From assembly GCA_043228905.1 (NCBI GenBank), contig JBHGNT010000014.1, positions 7,378,001-7,442,000 of the forward strand: DNA of 64,000 bases, in the 5' to 3' direction. Position numbers and translations under genes: made by a program. The DNA comes from Azolla caroliniana. Its lineage: Eukaryota; Plantae; Polypodiophyta. This document shows positions 11,466 to 25,572 of this stretch, piece after piece (within the stretch, counting starts at the first letter, position 1; each line of letters opens with the position of its first letter). The notes below the pieces were generated by a model, which worked only from the letters and a program-made list of their open reading frames with translations, made no database searches and was not told the DNA's origin.

Positions 11466-14400
11466 AACTCCCCCTTCACTCCGGCATGGGGTACTTATCC
11501 AATTCGACTCTTTGTCGGCACAAATTCAGCTTCTCGACCGACAACACCTTCATCAGCATGTCTAACCTGTTGTCGTTCGCCTAGATCTTTACCAGAGCAA
11601 AATCCTTTTCTTCTACTCGCTCTCGGAGACAATAATATCTCCTCTAGATGTGCTTGGTCCTCGAGTGGTAGGCGGCATTTTTTGCAAGGTGGATGACAGT
11701 CTGGTAATCGCAATGGAGTCAGAATTCCTCTTGCTGAATTCCCAACTATCCGATGAACTCCCTCATCCAAATTACTTCCTTCATGGCTTCTAATGCGGCC
11801 ATGTACTTGGCTTCCGTGGTCGACAATGCCACGGCCTGCTACAACCTCAATTGCCACGAGACAGCTCCCCCTGCATAAGTCATCACGTATCCAGATGTGG
11901 ATCAATTGGTGTTCACCCGACATGTCCACATCCGTATAACCTTCCAATGTGGGATTACCCGAGTCAAATCGAAGACACACATTCGAGGTGCCTCTCAGGT
12001 ACCGAAGTATCCACTTCATAATAGCCCAATGCTCTCTTCTGGGATTGCTCATATACCGGTTGACTACTCTAATTGCGTACCCAATGTCCGGCCTTGTACA
12101 CACCATTGCGTACATCAAGCTTGTGACTGCCGAGGCATAAGGGACTTTTGACATCTCGCCCTTCTTGGTTTTTGATTTTGGACATTGTGTCACAGATAGT
12201 TTGTTGTTTGTCGGCAGTGTCGAGCCAACCGGTTTCGCACTTTCCATGTCGAATCTCTGGATCACTTTTGTCATGTACTTCTCCTATGACAGTCATAGCA
12301 GTTTCTTTGTTTGAGCCCGAACAATGTGCATCCCAGGATTTGTTTTGCCGGACCCATATCTTTCATTGAGATCGACCTACTCAAGGCCTTCTTCAAGCTT
12401 CCGATTTTCTTCGGGTCCTGTATGACAATCAACATGCCATCAACATGCACCAAGAGGATGAGAATATCACCTATATCATACTTCTTGACAAAGACGCAAT
12501 GATTAGCTTGTGTCTTGCTGAAACCATGATCCACTATGAAGGATTCAAATTTTCGGTACCATTGTCGAGGTGCCTGCTTCAACCCATACAAGTTCTTCGT
12601 CAATTGCCATACCAGGTTTTCTTTACCTTTCTCCATGAATCCTTCTGGCTGGTGCATATATATCTCTTTCTCCAAATCTCCATGAAGGAAGGCAGTCTTG
12701 ACGTCCAGTTGTTCGACTTCGAGATCGATGCTGGCCGCGATGCTCAACACTTTTCGGATTGACGTCATCTTTACAACCGAGGCAAATATTTCATTGAAAT
12801 CAACACCCTTCTTCTACTGAAAACCTTTCACGACAATTCTTACTTTGTATGTGCATGGATTCCCGCCATCTCCCGGTTTCAACTTGTCTAGCCGCTTATT
12901 TCATAGTGCCTTCTTCCCTTTTGGCAACTCGGTCAATTCGTATGTCTGGCTCTTTGGCTCCCCCTCATCGGTTACAAGTACACGCTCTTCATCCAGAAAT
13001 CTCCAAGGGACACTCCTTTCTCTCAGGGGGTATCTTTGACCTCCATTCGACATGGCTGGTTCTTCTTCGACTTCTTTGGCTGAGTCAAATTCGGTTCTTG
13101 GTTTGACCAATTCCCCTTGTTCTTCAGTCGGTTCTCGATTTTGCCGACTATTAAATCGGCCGACTAGCTCGGAGTCGATTCGATCGAAATCGAATTCTAC
13201 TCAATTCGGTCGGGCATCAACTCGACTCGATTCGATAGTTGGATACTTGTTCTCAATCTCCCAATCAACTATTGTCGTTTCCTCTATGAAGACAATGTCA
13301 CGGCTCCGGATCACTTTCTTCTCGACTAAGTCCCATTGCCGATACTGAATTCATCATCGTCGTAACCGAGAAATATGCATGGCCGAGACTTTGGATCCAC
13401 CTTCCCCCTCTGATCCTTTGCAACATGCACATAGGCAAGACAACCGAACACCCTCATATGTTGGTACAAGAAGTCTTTGCTATGGCTAACCCTTTGTGGA
13501 ATATCACCGTCCAAGGGTACTGCGGGTGATAGATTTATCACATACGATGTTGTCATCAATGCCTCAGCCCAGAATGTCTTTGGTAACTTTGCATGTGCAA
13601 GCATACTTCGAACCCTCTCCATTATGGTCCGGTTCATTCTCTCGGCCAACCGGTTAAGCTCGGGCATCTTTGGCACGGTATACTCGAGCCGGATTCCCTG
13701 CGCTCGGCAATATTCTTTGAACAGTCCGCAGTACTCTCGGCCATTGTTCGCTCGGACTGCCTTCAACTTTCGGCTGGTTTCCCTCTTGACCCTCGCTTGG
13801 AACTCTTTGAAGACAGATAATACTTGACCCTTCGTCTTCAACATGGAAGCCCACAACTTCCGGCTACAGTCATCTATGAAGGTCACAAAATATTGTGAAC
13901 CAGCATGCAACTTTGTATCTACGTAGGATACATCGGTATGCACGAGTTCCAACGGCATTTTCTTCCCCATTGGGGGCCTCGATCAGAACGTGGTTTTGTT
14001 TTGTTTGCCTCGATCGACACACTTGTCTAGATGCACTTTCTTTACCTCTGGTAGGAGATCCTTTTCTGCTAGCATTTGTATTCCCTTCTGGCTTATATGT
14101 CATAGCCTCTTGTGCCACAATTCACTGGTTGTTTCGTCTGCCACGTTTACTTCCTCTAGGAATAAATAATCAAGCATTCATTATGTACAGTGTGCTGGTT
14201 TTTTGGGCTCGAGCCACGATCAGACTTCCCTTGCAGAACTTCATGAAGTCGTTCCGGATGCTACCCGTGTGTGTAGCCTTCGTCATCTAGCTGACCGGCC
14301 AATATCAAGTTCAATCGAACTTCCGGAACGTGCTGAACATCTTTCAACACTAGTTTGCACTCGGTCGATGTCATCAGATACACATCTCCAATGCCAATGA

Positions 14401-15234
14401 TTCAGCATGCTCCTTCATTTCCCATTTTTACAAGACCGTGTTCTCCGGCCTTGTATGATGAGAAGCACTTCTGGTCAAGGGTTAGGTGAAACGACGCACC
14501 CAAATCGACTGCCCATGTCAATTCTTTGCCGAAGAGGTTGACTTCATTTTGTTCACTAATGAAGAGCAGCTCTTCTTCACTCGTGGCGATTGCTGAGGTG
14601 TTATTTCTGTCGGGTATTTTCTTCGGCTCTACACCATGAGCACCCCCTTTCTCCCTTTGAAAGTGTTGGAAATTCTTCTGGAACTGCCCCGACTTCCCAT
14701 AATAGAAGCACATGGGCCTTCCCCTCGACTTTGACCTTGTCCCCAACTTGTCTCGATTTTGGGGACTTCGATTTCAGCCTCTTCCTCGATTCATGTCCCT
14801 TTCCGTGACGAGCGCCTTCAGGTTGGTATTGGACTCTCGGTCCTTTCGGCGACCATCTTCATTCAACAAGCTTGAATTCACCTACTCTAGGGATAAATGT
14901 TTCCCTTGCGGTCCCATCCTACGTTGCCCAATGTGACAACTAGTGTTTCCCAGCTATCTGGAAGGGATCCCAACAACAACAATGCTAATACCTCGTCGGC
15001 AAGAGGTAGTTCTAAAGAGGTGGTTTGACTCATTAGTCCTTGGAAGGCATTAATATGCTCCGCCATGCTGAAGCCGTCTTGATACCGGAGTCTCACGATT
15101 TTCTAGAAAATGGAGAATCTATTCACGATGTTCTTGTTCTTGAACATTACACCAATCTTCTTCCAGAGGACATTGACACTCGTCTCTTCATCAGAGTTGT
15201 TGCATAGACTCATGTCTATAAAACACTTGATATA

Positions 15235-15903
15235 TGTTGAGAAACGAATCATTAATCCACAAGCAAGAATATGTTGAAATACTTAACTCAGAAACACAGT
15301 AAAACATTAAAGATCACAACCTTTACTATGCACACGGTTTTACATGGAAACCCTAAACGAGGAAAACCATGGGAACAGAGATTCCACTATATCAAGAATA
15401 TACATGCCATTATTAGGTTACAACACTCTTTCTATGGAGTGTAACAGCCTCACAGAGCTCTTGGCATTCAAAGCTTCCTAGCTATGGTGCCGCTTGCGCT
15501 CACAGTTTTCTCTAGAGCTCTCACTTTGCTATTCTCTTTACATACACTATTCTACTCTACACTTTCTCATGTTTTCCCTAGGTGTATTTATATTGATACA
15601 CAGAATGGGCTATTTACAATCATGGCGATTATTATTATATAATAATAATTATAATAGTCTTACTAATCAACTGATTCATTCATCGACTGTCGGCCCGGTC
15701 CAACTAGTCGGCATGGTCATCGACCATCTGGTTTGCCTGACTAGTCGGTCATGTCTTCGACCTCGATCAACTCTCCATGTTGACTCTGTCAGAGTCGACT
15801 CAATTGTTGGCTCTCATCTGACCAGTCGGCTGCTCCCTTGTCTTTGAATATCGGCCCTCTCCGAGTAGTAGGCTCCTCCCACTGGAGGGACATATTCCTA
15901 ACA
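15235..15903 (-). repeat. 3' LTR of level-3 copia
   Basis: Paired with 35171-35801; adjacent PPT complement AACTCCCCCT. Confidence 0.92.
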
Positions 15904-18764
15904 AACTCCCCCTTCACTCTAGTGGGGAGGGGTCCATTATTCCTGTCCTCTGTCGACAGAATCTGAGTTTGTCCATTGGGTAGGTTTTTCGTCAACATGT
16001 CAGATCCATTGTCATCAGTATGGATCTTCCCAAGGGTAAACTCTCCTTCCTCCACTTTCTCCTATAACCAATGATATCTCCTTTGCATATGCTTGGTTCG
16101 AGAGTGGTACACAACATTCTTTGCTAGATGTATGGCACTCTGGCTATCACAATGAGGCAAGAACTCCCTTTGCTTCATCCAAATCAGCTCTTTGCTAGCC
16201 TCTACTGTTTCCATATACTTTGCCCTTGTGGTTGACAAGGCCACAGACTTTTGCAGTCGTGACTGCCACGACATTGCTCTCCCTGCATAGGTCATCATGT
16301 ACCCTGATGTGGATTGTCTTGAGCCTACATCCCCCGACATGTTCGAGTCGGTAAACCCTTCTAGCATAGGTTTCCTGACACCATACCTAAGGCATACTCT
16401 CAAGGTGCCTTTCAAGTACCTGAGTATCCACTTCACCGCTACCTAGTGTTCTCTTCCTGGATTACTCATGTATCGGAGTACTGTTTCCATAACAAAAGCT
16501 ATGCATGGTCTCATGCAGACCATAGTGTACATTAGACTACCAATGGCTGAGGCATATGGTACTTTCCTCATCTCAGCCTTTTCTTTCTCCCCGCTCGGCA
16601 AGTGCTTTGCATTTAACTTGCAGTTAATCGGTAATATAGAGCCGACCGGCCTTGATTCCGACATGTTGAAGCTTTCTAGGATCTTAGCCACGTATTTCTC
16701 TTTTGACAACGACAACACTTTCTTAGTTCTATCTTGAACTATGTGCATCCTAAGATCTGCTTTGCCAGTCCAAGATCTTTCATGGCAAACGACTTGCCTA
16801 ATGCTTTCTTCAAGCTACCGATCTTCCTTGTATCTTGACTAACTATCAACATGTCATCTACATATAATAAGAGCATCCAGAAGTCAGCTTCATCGTACCT
16901 TTTGAGGAACACACAGTGATCTGCCTGTGTTTTTTGGAACCCATGTTCCACCATGAAGGATTCAAACTTCTTGTATCACTGGCATGGAGCTTGTTTCAAA
17001 CCATACAACCTTTTCTTCAGTCGACACACCAGGTTCTCTTTCCCTTTCTCCTCAAAGACTTCAGGCTCCTGCATGTAGATCTCTTCATCCAGCTCCCTGT
17101 GGAAGAATGTTATCTTGACATCCAACTGTTCGATCTCTAGATCCATGCTGGAAGCTATGCTCAGAACAGTTTGGATGGATCTCATCTTCATGACTAGTGC
17201 GAAAATCTCGTCGAAGTCGACACCCATTTTCTGCTGGAAACTGTTCACCACTATGCGGACTTTATACCTTGGCGCGGTGGCGACTTCTCCATTCTTCGCT
17301 TTATAGACCCATTTTATCCTGAGTGCTATCTGACCTTTTGGTAATTCTACCAAGTCGTAGGTGTGGTTTTCATGCAAGGAGTCCATCTTGTCTTGCATTG
17401 CACGTAACCATTTTTCTGTGTGCTCGTCGGCGATGGCTTCATCATAGCACTCTGGTTCACCTTCATCAATCAAGAGGATGTCTTGACTGGCATATGTTGT
17501 CGGTGCTCTCCTTTCTCTGAGTGGGTATCTCCTTCCACTCCTTGTTGGCTTCAGTTCGGATGTCTCTACTGACTCTACTCTTTGCTCGGGTTCATATAAG
17601 TTGATCGGTCGTCAAGGATTTGTTGATTCTGACTCGTAGTCTTTGATCGACTTCCATAGATATGCCAACTCCGACTCATCCATATTTGTCCACCAACTCG
17701 GATTCGGCTATGCCGACTGGCTATCTCCAAACAACTGATTGTGTCGATTCACTTGGCCTTAATTGATGGTCGTGGGAGTCGATTCTGACTTCTGTTCCTT
17801 CCAATCCTCAATCATAATGTCTTCCTAGAAGACTACGTCCCGACTTCTCACTACTTTCCTATCGACTATATCCCATAGCCTGCAGTCAAACTCGTCCTCC
17901 GAGTATCCCATAAATGTGCATGGTTTCGACTTAATGTCGAGCTTCGAGCTCTAATCCTCAGGCACATGTATATACAAGGTCGTCCTGTTTCTAACACATA
18001 GTGTGAAACCACCCTAAAAAAGAAGTAAAATACTAGTTCAAATAAACTAGTATTGTGAAGTCAACTTTATTGGTAGCAAAAATACTTTTTCATTTGCCAA
18101 AGATAATTCCTTATAAATAGAAGGTCAAAGAATTGAACCTTACTATAAATAATGATAAATATTGAGTTAGAGGTGGTTTCAAAAGTAGACAAAAGTAGAG
18201 AAAAAGTTTGGGAGGAAAAAAAAAAGCACGTGTGGATATGAGGAGCATAGTAAACAAAAAAAGCTCATAATTTCCTCGTCAAATGTCCAAATCAGAAAAG
18301 AAAAGACGCATAAGAAAGCTAACCCAAAGAGCTTTCTAGGAATATCTTGCATGTGAAACTTGGGGCTAGAAAACATAAATAGTGAGGAAAAGAAAAGTCA
18401 ACTCATATAGACACTTTTTTTAGGGGAAAAGGCAAGCTATCCTAAACCTATAAATAAGAGCCTATTCTAGTGAAGAAGGGGGGGAGGGAGAAGGAACACG
18501 GAAGCTCTACTCATTTGGAAGGCAAACGAAGAAGAATCAATAATATCGAGGGGCATCATCAACAAAGAATCACCTTCTTCTATATTCCACTCTCTTCTTT
18601 CCTCCACCTCTCTTCCCCCTTCCTTTATAAATTATTTCTCATATTCATATCAAACCCGTTGTAAAATTGGTTCTTATTTCATAAAAGAATTTATTATATT
18701 GAAATAAAATAATGTTTGTTTTACCTACGTATCTTATATGTTATCGTCATTTTTGCTTATTTTT

Positions 18765-19560
18765 TTGTGTGCTTAGTGACAAGGGAGCGTTTCGGGCTTG
18801 CCCATGCACCTCTCCTTTCACAAAGGCATTCAAACTTATGTGTCTTATTTGTTATTGTCATTTGTGCTTATTTGTTTGTGTGTCTTGTGACAAGGGAGTA
18901 TTTCGGGCTTGCCCATGCACCTCTCCTTTCACAAAGGCATTCAAATTTTCATGTCTTGCTTGTTAGTGTGTTCGTGTGAATTGTGTCAAGGGAGCATTCG
19001 GGCTTGCCCATGCACCTCTCCTTTCACAAAGGTGTTAGAGATTGTATCTCCCGAGTGTAAATCTTGCTTGTGTGTTCGTGCGACTTGTGACAAGGGAGCA
19101 TTTCGGGCTTGCCCATGTACCTGTCTTTTCACAAAGGCCTTTAAACTAATGCATCTTATATATTATTGTCATTTGTGCTTATTTGTTTGTGTGTCTTGTG
19201 ACAAGGGAGCGTTCGGGCTTGCCCATGCACCTCTCTTTTCACAAAGGCATTCGAAACTTTGTCTCGTGTGTGTAAGTAAGCCTTTTCCTTGTGTGTCCGT
19301 GTGTACGCCTTCCTCACGTGCATTCGTTCTCCTTTTGACTAGGGGTTGATTCGAGCTTGCCCATGCACCTCTCATTTTCACAAAAATGTTCAAATACTCG
19401 TGCCTTGTTTGTGTAAGCCTTCCTTGTGTGTCTGTGTCCGTGTGTAAGCCTTGCTCGCGTGCATTCGTTCGCATTGTGACTTGGGGTTGATTCGGGCTTG
19501 CACATGCACCTCTCCTTTTGACAAACACGTTCAAATACTCGTGCCTTATTTGTGTAAGCT
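18765..19560 (+). repeat. Tandem ~85-140-bp subrepeats in the LTR (core GGGCTTGCCCATGCACCTCTCCTTTCACAAAGG)
   Basis: About 7 copies here and about 6 in the 3' LTR at 23050-23710. Confidence 0.85.
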
Positions 19561-21490
19561 TTCCTTGTGTTGTGTGTGTGAGCCCTATTTCCTTCCCATC
19601 CATAAACCCGGCGGTTCCGCCTCATGATCTTCACATAGTGACGGATTTTCACGACATAATAGAATGGTGAACCCGACGTCAAGAGCTGGTAGGAAGGATC
19701 AAGTGCTTGAAATAGAAGGCTAGAAGATGACTTCTTCGACAAACACCTAAGCTGATGAAGTGGCAAAGTTGGGGGCTATTGTCGAGCATATGATGAGAGC
19801 TCGAGATAATGATGCAAGCTTAGAGAAGGCCATCGACTGAACCGTTGAGATAGTGGGCCAATTTGGTGGAAGAAACATTACGGATTTTCTAGCTACATAC
19901 AAGACAGAGATGCAGCAACGTGATGTCATTGAAGAGAAGCAAATATCAAGATTCAAGCGTGTCGTGGAAATTGGGTTACAAGACCATATAAGGGAGATTC
20001 AAGCCGTCCAAACAACATGGGTGGGATTTGAAAGGGCGCTTTTGGCTAAATATATGCTTCAAGATGCATCGAGGATGACTCGCCATACGTTGATGAAGTG
20101 GATCAAGAAGAAGGGGAAGAATATGAACACATCGGGAGTGTACACCGAATTTGACCAAATGTACAACCGTCTCCCGAGAACCGACCAAACACTTCTCGAA
20201 AGAGATAATGTTTTGTACTTCTTAAAGGCGGTGGATGCAAAAGATAGACGAGAACTAGGTCGTCTATTAGAGGACGAAGCACAACCCAATGGTCTCATAA
20301 CGGATTGGGTTGCGGTAAGAAGAGCATGTGATAGATTCGACAAGTGTCGTCGATGGCTAGATGATTCCAACATGATGGGCCCAGTAGTCCAAAGAAGGAA
20401 GGCTCCAATAGCAACTTAGATGACAAAGCAAAGCGAGCCGACCAAAAGAGCAATGGAGAACTCTGTCATTGAAGAGTTGGCACGAAAATTCGAAGTGTTT
20501 TCGTTAGCTAATATGAGTCGTCAAGGGCCGAAGGGGAAAGACCCATATAGATGCATATGGTGTGATAGTGTTGATCATGCAAGGAAAGATTGTGCTAGCC
20601 TTCAAGAGGCAATTCGACAAAACCTCGTATGCACGGAAGGTAACATTATACACTCAAGTGAGACTCAAAAGCCCTTGCAAGTGAATTTCGGTAGGGGGGG
20701 TCTAAAGAAAATCATGGATGAGGCCGATGCGAGCCACGTCGAAGCTATACACTATGTTGCATCCGCCGGTATAAGAATCAGAAAGGAGAAGCTTGGAATG
20801 ATTAAATGGGGAACGGGGTTTTGGCCGACTGTCCTCGAATATGAAAAAAAAGGGAAGATTAATTCGGATGATGCAAAGCTAGCCAACCTTCATGTATGAG
20901 ACCTTACCGGGTGGGCGGATCCGATTGATAACAACACAATCTCCGCAGAGGTCATATGCGAAACCCACGAAGTGTTTGTGGATGAGAAGCAGAAGAGGAC
21001 GGATCTAGATGAAGGCCCTTCTAAGAAACATGAAACAAGAAGCTTTAAGAAGAAGGAAGAGATGATCAAGACCACACGTCAAGAAGATGGAAGCTCAAAC
21101 AAGAGAGCCGAGGAACCGAGTCAACCCATTGAAGAGATTATGAGGGTGAATTCATCGAAATTGGCAAGTACTTAAGCTATCTTACAAAGGATGAATCATG
21201 GTCATAGGAAGACTTCTTGTGAAGAATGAAACTCCACTTCGAGTGGTGTGCAAGAAACAAGATCAACAAACACTAATTGCTGAAATTCATGATAGTGTGT
21301 GGGCAGGTCATCGAGGTATATGGGTAACTTTTGCAAAGCTCAAGGAGAAATATTGGTGGCCAGGTGTTTACAAAGATGTAGCAAGCTATGTTGAAACATG
21401 TGCGCAATGCCAATTATACTTGAATGAATGGTTGCGTGAGGCTCGATTGAGCAACAAGGAGAATTTTGATAAAAAGCATCGGCTTTATCT

Positions 21491-21576
21491 TGTCAGGATC
21501 AGTACTAAGATAGAGAAGGAATTAGTACTAAAAGATAAGGATTAGTACTAAGAGAGGTGTAGAACTCTTGATAGAA

Positions 21577-21635
<59 letters not shown>

Positions 21636-21928
21636 TGATAAAAGATATATATTATGTGAAGAGAGTATACAATAGTAGCAAGGAGGCTTAAGATTGGCGT
21701 TGAACCGATTTGGTTCAAAATAATGCCTTGTGCCTCCTTTTATAGTATTCTCAGAAATACTCTTGAAGTTTCTAGAATGTCCTAGAGAAATCTGAAATAT
21801 ACATCAATTTTCTATAATAAAACTTAAATGAAAATAATATCCTACGTATTATACTAGATGGTATAATGGTCAAGAGCTCGACCTATGTAACCTAAGGTCA
21901 TAGGTTTGAGTCTTGTCATATCATAACA
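21491..21928 (-). repeat. Solo LTR with (GA)n tract and tRNA-like segment, TSD TATCT/TGTCT
   Basis: TGTCAGGA...TCATAACA termini; second copy at 44200-44635. Confidence 0.8.
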
Positions 21929-24900
21929 TGTCTAAGAAAAATTGGAGTGTCTATGATAGCAGCCTTAATAATTAGCATAGCACTACTCGAAAGTTCATGA
22001 AACAATGGTTTGGCCATTACGTGGTTAAGGAAATTGAAAACAATGCAATCTATTTTCTAGCGGAGTTAGATGAAACTGGACTTGCTTTGCCAATTGTAGG
22101 GATGAGAATCAAGATCCTTAAGATAAGAGAGACCACAAATCCTGAAATCAAACCTCTAGACTTCGAGGTTTAAAAAGAATAAGCAATAGAAACTAACAAT
22201 CATTGGCACATACCGGAGGATGTGCAGGTTTGGTGGGGGTGGATGTCGTGATGTTTCTAACACATAGTGTGAAGCTACCCTCGAAAAGAAGTAAAATAGT
22301 AGTTCAAATAAACTAGTATTCTAAAATCAACTTTATTGCCAATTGGTAGCAAAAATACTTTTTCATTTGCCAAAGATAATTCCTTATAAATAAAGGTCAA
22401 AGAATTGAACCTTACTATAAATAATGATGAATATTAAGTTAAAGGCGGTTTTTAAAAGTAGACAAAAGTAGAGAAAAAGATTGGGAGAAAAGAAAAGCAC
22501 CTGTGGATATGAGGAGCACAGTAGAGAAAAAAAAAGCTCATAATTTAATCGTGAGATGTCCAAATTAGAAAAGAAAATATGCATAAGAAAGCTAACCCAA
22601 AGAGCTTTCCAGGAATATTTTGCATGTGACATTTGGGGCTAGAAAACAGAAATAATGAGAAAACAAATAGTCGACTCATATTGACACGTTTTTTTTCAGG
22701 GGAAAAAGGCAAGCAATCCTAAACCTATAAATAAGAGCCTATTCTAATGAAGAAGGGGGGGAGGGAGAAGGAACACGGAAGCTCTACTCAATTGGAAGGC
22801 AAAAGAAGAAGGATCAACAACATCGAGAGGCATCATCAACAAAGAATCACCTTCTTCTATATTCCACTCTCTTCTTTCCTCCACCTCTCTTTCCCCTTCC
22901 TTTAAAATTATCTCTCATATTCATATCAAACCCGTTGTAAAATTGATTCCTATTTTATAAAAGAATCTATTATATTGCAATAAAATAATGTTTGGTTTCA
23001 CCTAAGTATCTTATATGTTATCGTCATTTTTGCTTATTTGTTTGTGTACCTAGTGACAATGGAGCGTTTCGGGCTTGCCCATGCACCTCTCCTTTCACAA
23101 AGGCATTCAAACTTATGTGTCTTATTTGTTATTGTCATTTGTGTTTATCTATTTGTGTGTCTTGTGACAAGGGAGCGTTTCGGCCTTGCCCATGCACCTC
23201 TCCTTTCACAAAGGCATTCAAACTTTCGTGTCTTGCGTGTTAGTGTAAATCTTGCTCATGTGTTCGTGCTACTTGTGGCAAGGGAGCGTTTGGGCTTGCC
23301 CATGCACCTCTCCTTTCACACAGGCGTTCAAAATTGTATCCCCCGAGTGTAAATCTTGCTTGTGTGTTCGTGTGACTTGTGACAAGGGAGTGTTCGGGCT
23401 TGCCCATGCACCTCTCTTTTCACAAAGACATTTGAAACTTTGTCTCTCGTGTGTGTAAGTAAGCCTTTTCCTTGTGTGTCCATGTCTATGCCTTCCTCAT
23501 GTGCATTCGTTCTCCTTGTGACTAGGGGTTGATTCGGGCTTGCCCATGCACCTCTCATTTTCACAAGCACGTTCAAATACTCGTGGCTTGTTTGTGTAAG
23601 ACTTCCTTGTGTGTCCGTGTGTAAGCCTTCCTCGCATGCATTCGTTCGTCTTGCGACTAGGGGTTGATTCGGGCTTGCCAATGCACCTCTCCTTTTCACA
23701 AACATGTTCGAAAGAAAACAAAAACTTGCTTTGATTCATAAAATGGATTCTATGTAAAAAAAACAAAATACGGAAATCATGGTCTTAAATCTAACTTGTG
23801 TATAAATTGCCCATGTCTTTGTCTTGATCTCCCACTTCCTGACTACTTTTGTCTCCCCGGTTCAAGGCCCCGGTGGTCCCATTCGAGCGACACACAAATG
23901 CGAAACTTTGCGACAACGCTCCTTTCCTATCCACACCCTTTGTGGGACATCACCTTTCAATGGTACTGAGGGAGACCCGTTGATCAGATAAACAACCGTG
24001 TACATCGCCTCAGCCTAGTATATTTTCGGTAGTTTAGCATGCGACAACATGCTCCTTACTCTCTCCATGATTGTTCAATTCATCCCCTCTGCAAGCCCTT
24101 TCAACTCAGGGGTCTTCGGTACTGTGTATTCGATTCGAATACCTGGGACCTTGCAGTATTCCTCGAACTGCCCTTTTATATTCGCCACCATTGTCGGTTC
24201 ATACAACCTTCAACTTCCGACCTGACCCCATTCGGCTCTTGCCTGGAACTCTTTGATGAACGGATGTAAGTCTTGATCTTTTGACTTTAGTACAAAAGCC
24301 CACAACTTACGACAGTAATTGTCGATGAAAGTCACAAAGTATTGTCCGCCTCGATGCGACGATACGTCTACATAACACACATCCGTGTGTACTAGTTCCA
24401 ATGCAACTTCTCTTCTTCTTGGTGTTCTTGAGTGGAATGCTGCTCTATTGTATTTCCAAGTAAGCAATCGATGCACTTCTCCAGGTGCACTCCCTTTACA
24501 TCTAGTAGAAGTTTTTGGTTGCCTAATAGATGCAAACCCTTCTCACTCATGTGGCCTAGCCTCTTATGCCATATTTGTCTTGTCGAGTCGACTGCCACAT
24601 TCACTTCTGACTTGCACAATCGGGCTTGCATCATATACAATGTGCCTTCCTTTTGTGCTCGGGCCACTATAAGATTTCCTCACTAGAACTTCCACTGCTC
24701 GTTTCGGAAGCTATGACTGTAGCCTTCGCCGTCCAATCTTCCAGTCTATATTAGATTCAATCTAATATCGGGGACATGTTGAACATCCTTAAGAGTCAGT
24801 CGACACCCTGTCAACATCGTCAAACAAACACTTCCGACTCCATCTATCTTGCACTCCCCACTGTCAGCCATCTTTACATAACCATGATCACCAGCCATGT

Positions 24901-25083
24901 AAGTCAAGAAACACTCTCTGGAGGAAGTTATGTGGAAAGATGCACCGGAATCGATCACCCAAGTGCATTCTTCGCTTGCAAAATTTTCACTTGTCTGTTC
25001 ACAAATGAACAAAAGTTCGCCATTGCTCGTAGCAATGTCTAAAATGTTCTTTTCTTCCGAAATCTTCTTGGGTTCAACATTAT

Positions 25084-25518
25084 TGTTAACTCTTCGGGCC
25101 GGACAATGGCCTAACACAGGGTGTCTACGGGAGACACTTCACCAAAGGGTGTTACGGCAACCGGATTAGACTTCAACGCTTAATCCGACTTAATCAAGTT
25201 ACTTATTAGGATCGTCTTCATAACACGCGTAAGATATAACAATTAAGACAGAACGGCAATTAACACAGAGATATAACAATGCTTTTAAGCTTTCATTAAT
25301 TAACCGCTAACTATTACATTGTATCCGGGCCTTTAAATAGGTTTCCGGTTTGTATTACAAAACGGTGCCATCCGCACCTGTTCGGGATCGGTCCGGATCC
25401 GGAACGGCATACCGATTCCGGTCCGTCCGTCCACACTCATAGCTTAATTACAACCACATTTCTACTACTTAATTAGCTCTCCGTTTCCCACTCTCGACTC
25501 CTTTGCCGGCCGGTAACA
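25084..25518 (-). repeat. 3' LTR of young gypsy
   Basis: TGTTAAC...GGTAACA on +; TATTTAAA on - strand near 25332-25339. Confidence 0.95.
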
Positions 25519-25520
25519 CA

Positions 25521-25537
25521 TGGCACGCCCGTGGGAC
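25521..25537 (+). promoter_or_regulatory. tRNA-Arg(UCU)-like primer site at the position where the PPT should be
   Basis: TGGCACGCCCGTGGGAC 2 nt inside the LTR; on the coding strand it reads GTCCCACGGGCGTGCCA, a tRNA 3' end with CCA. Confidence 0.7.
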
Positions 25538-25572
25538 AGTACCTTGTACGTCGAATCCACAATCAACCCTTG

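Larger units (their letters stand above)
17978..23915 (+). mobile_element. Non-autonomous gypsy derivative with tRNA-Trp PBS and ~1.7-kb LTRs
   Basis: 5' LTR 17978-19656 ending TCACGACA; PBS TGGTGAACCCGACGT 19665-19679; gag 19853-20899 with CIWCDSVDHARKDC knuckle; integrase zinc-finger fragment HDSVWAGHRG...CAQCQ; no PR/RT/RNase H; G-rich PPT then 3' LTR from 22244. Confidence 0.85.

Noticed and set aside
21581-21632. (GA)n microsatellites (also near 43959, 48457, 60359)
   Set aside because: Ordinary expansions inside LTRs
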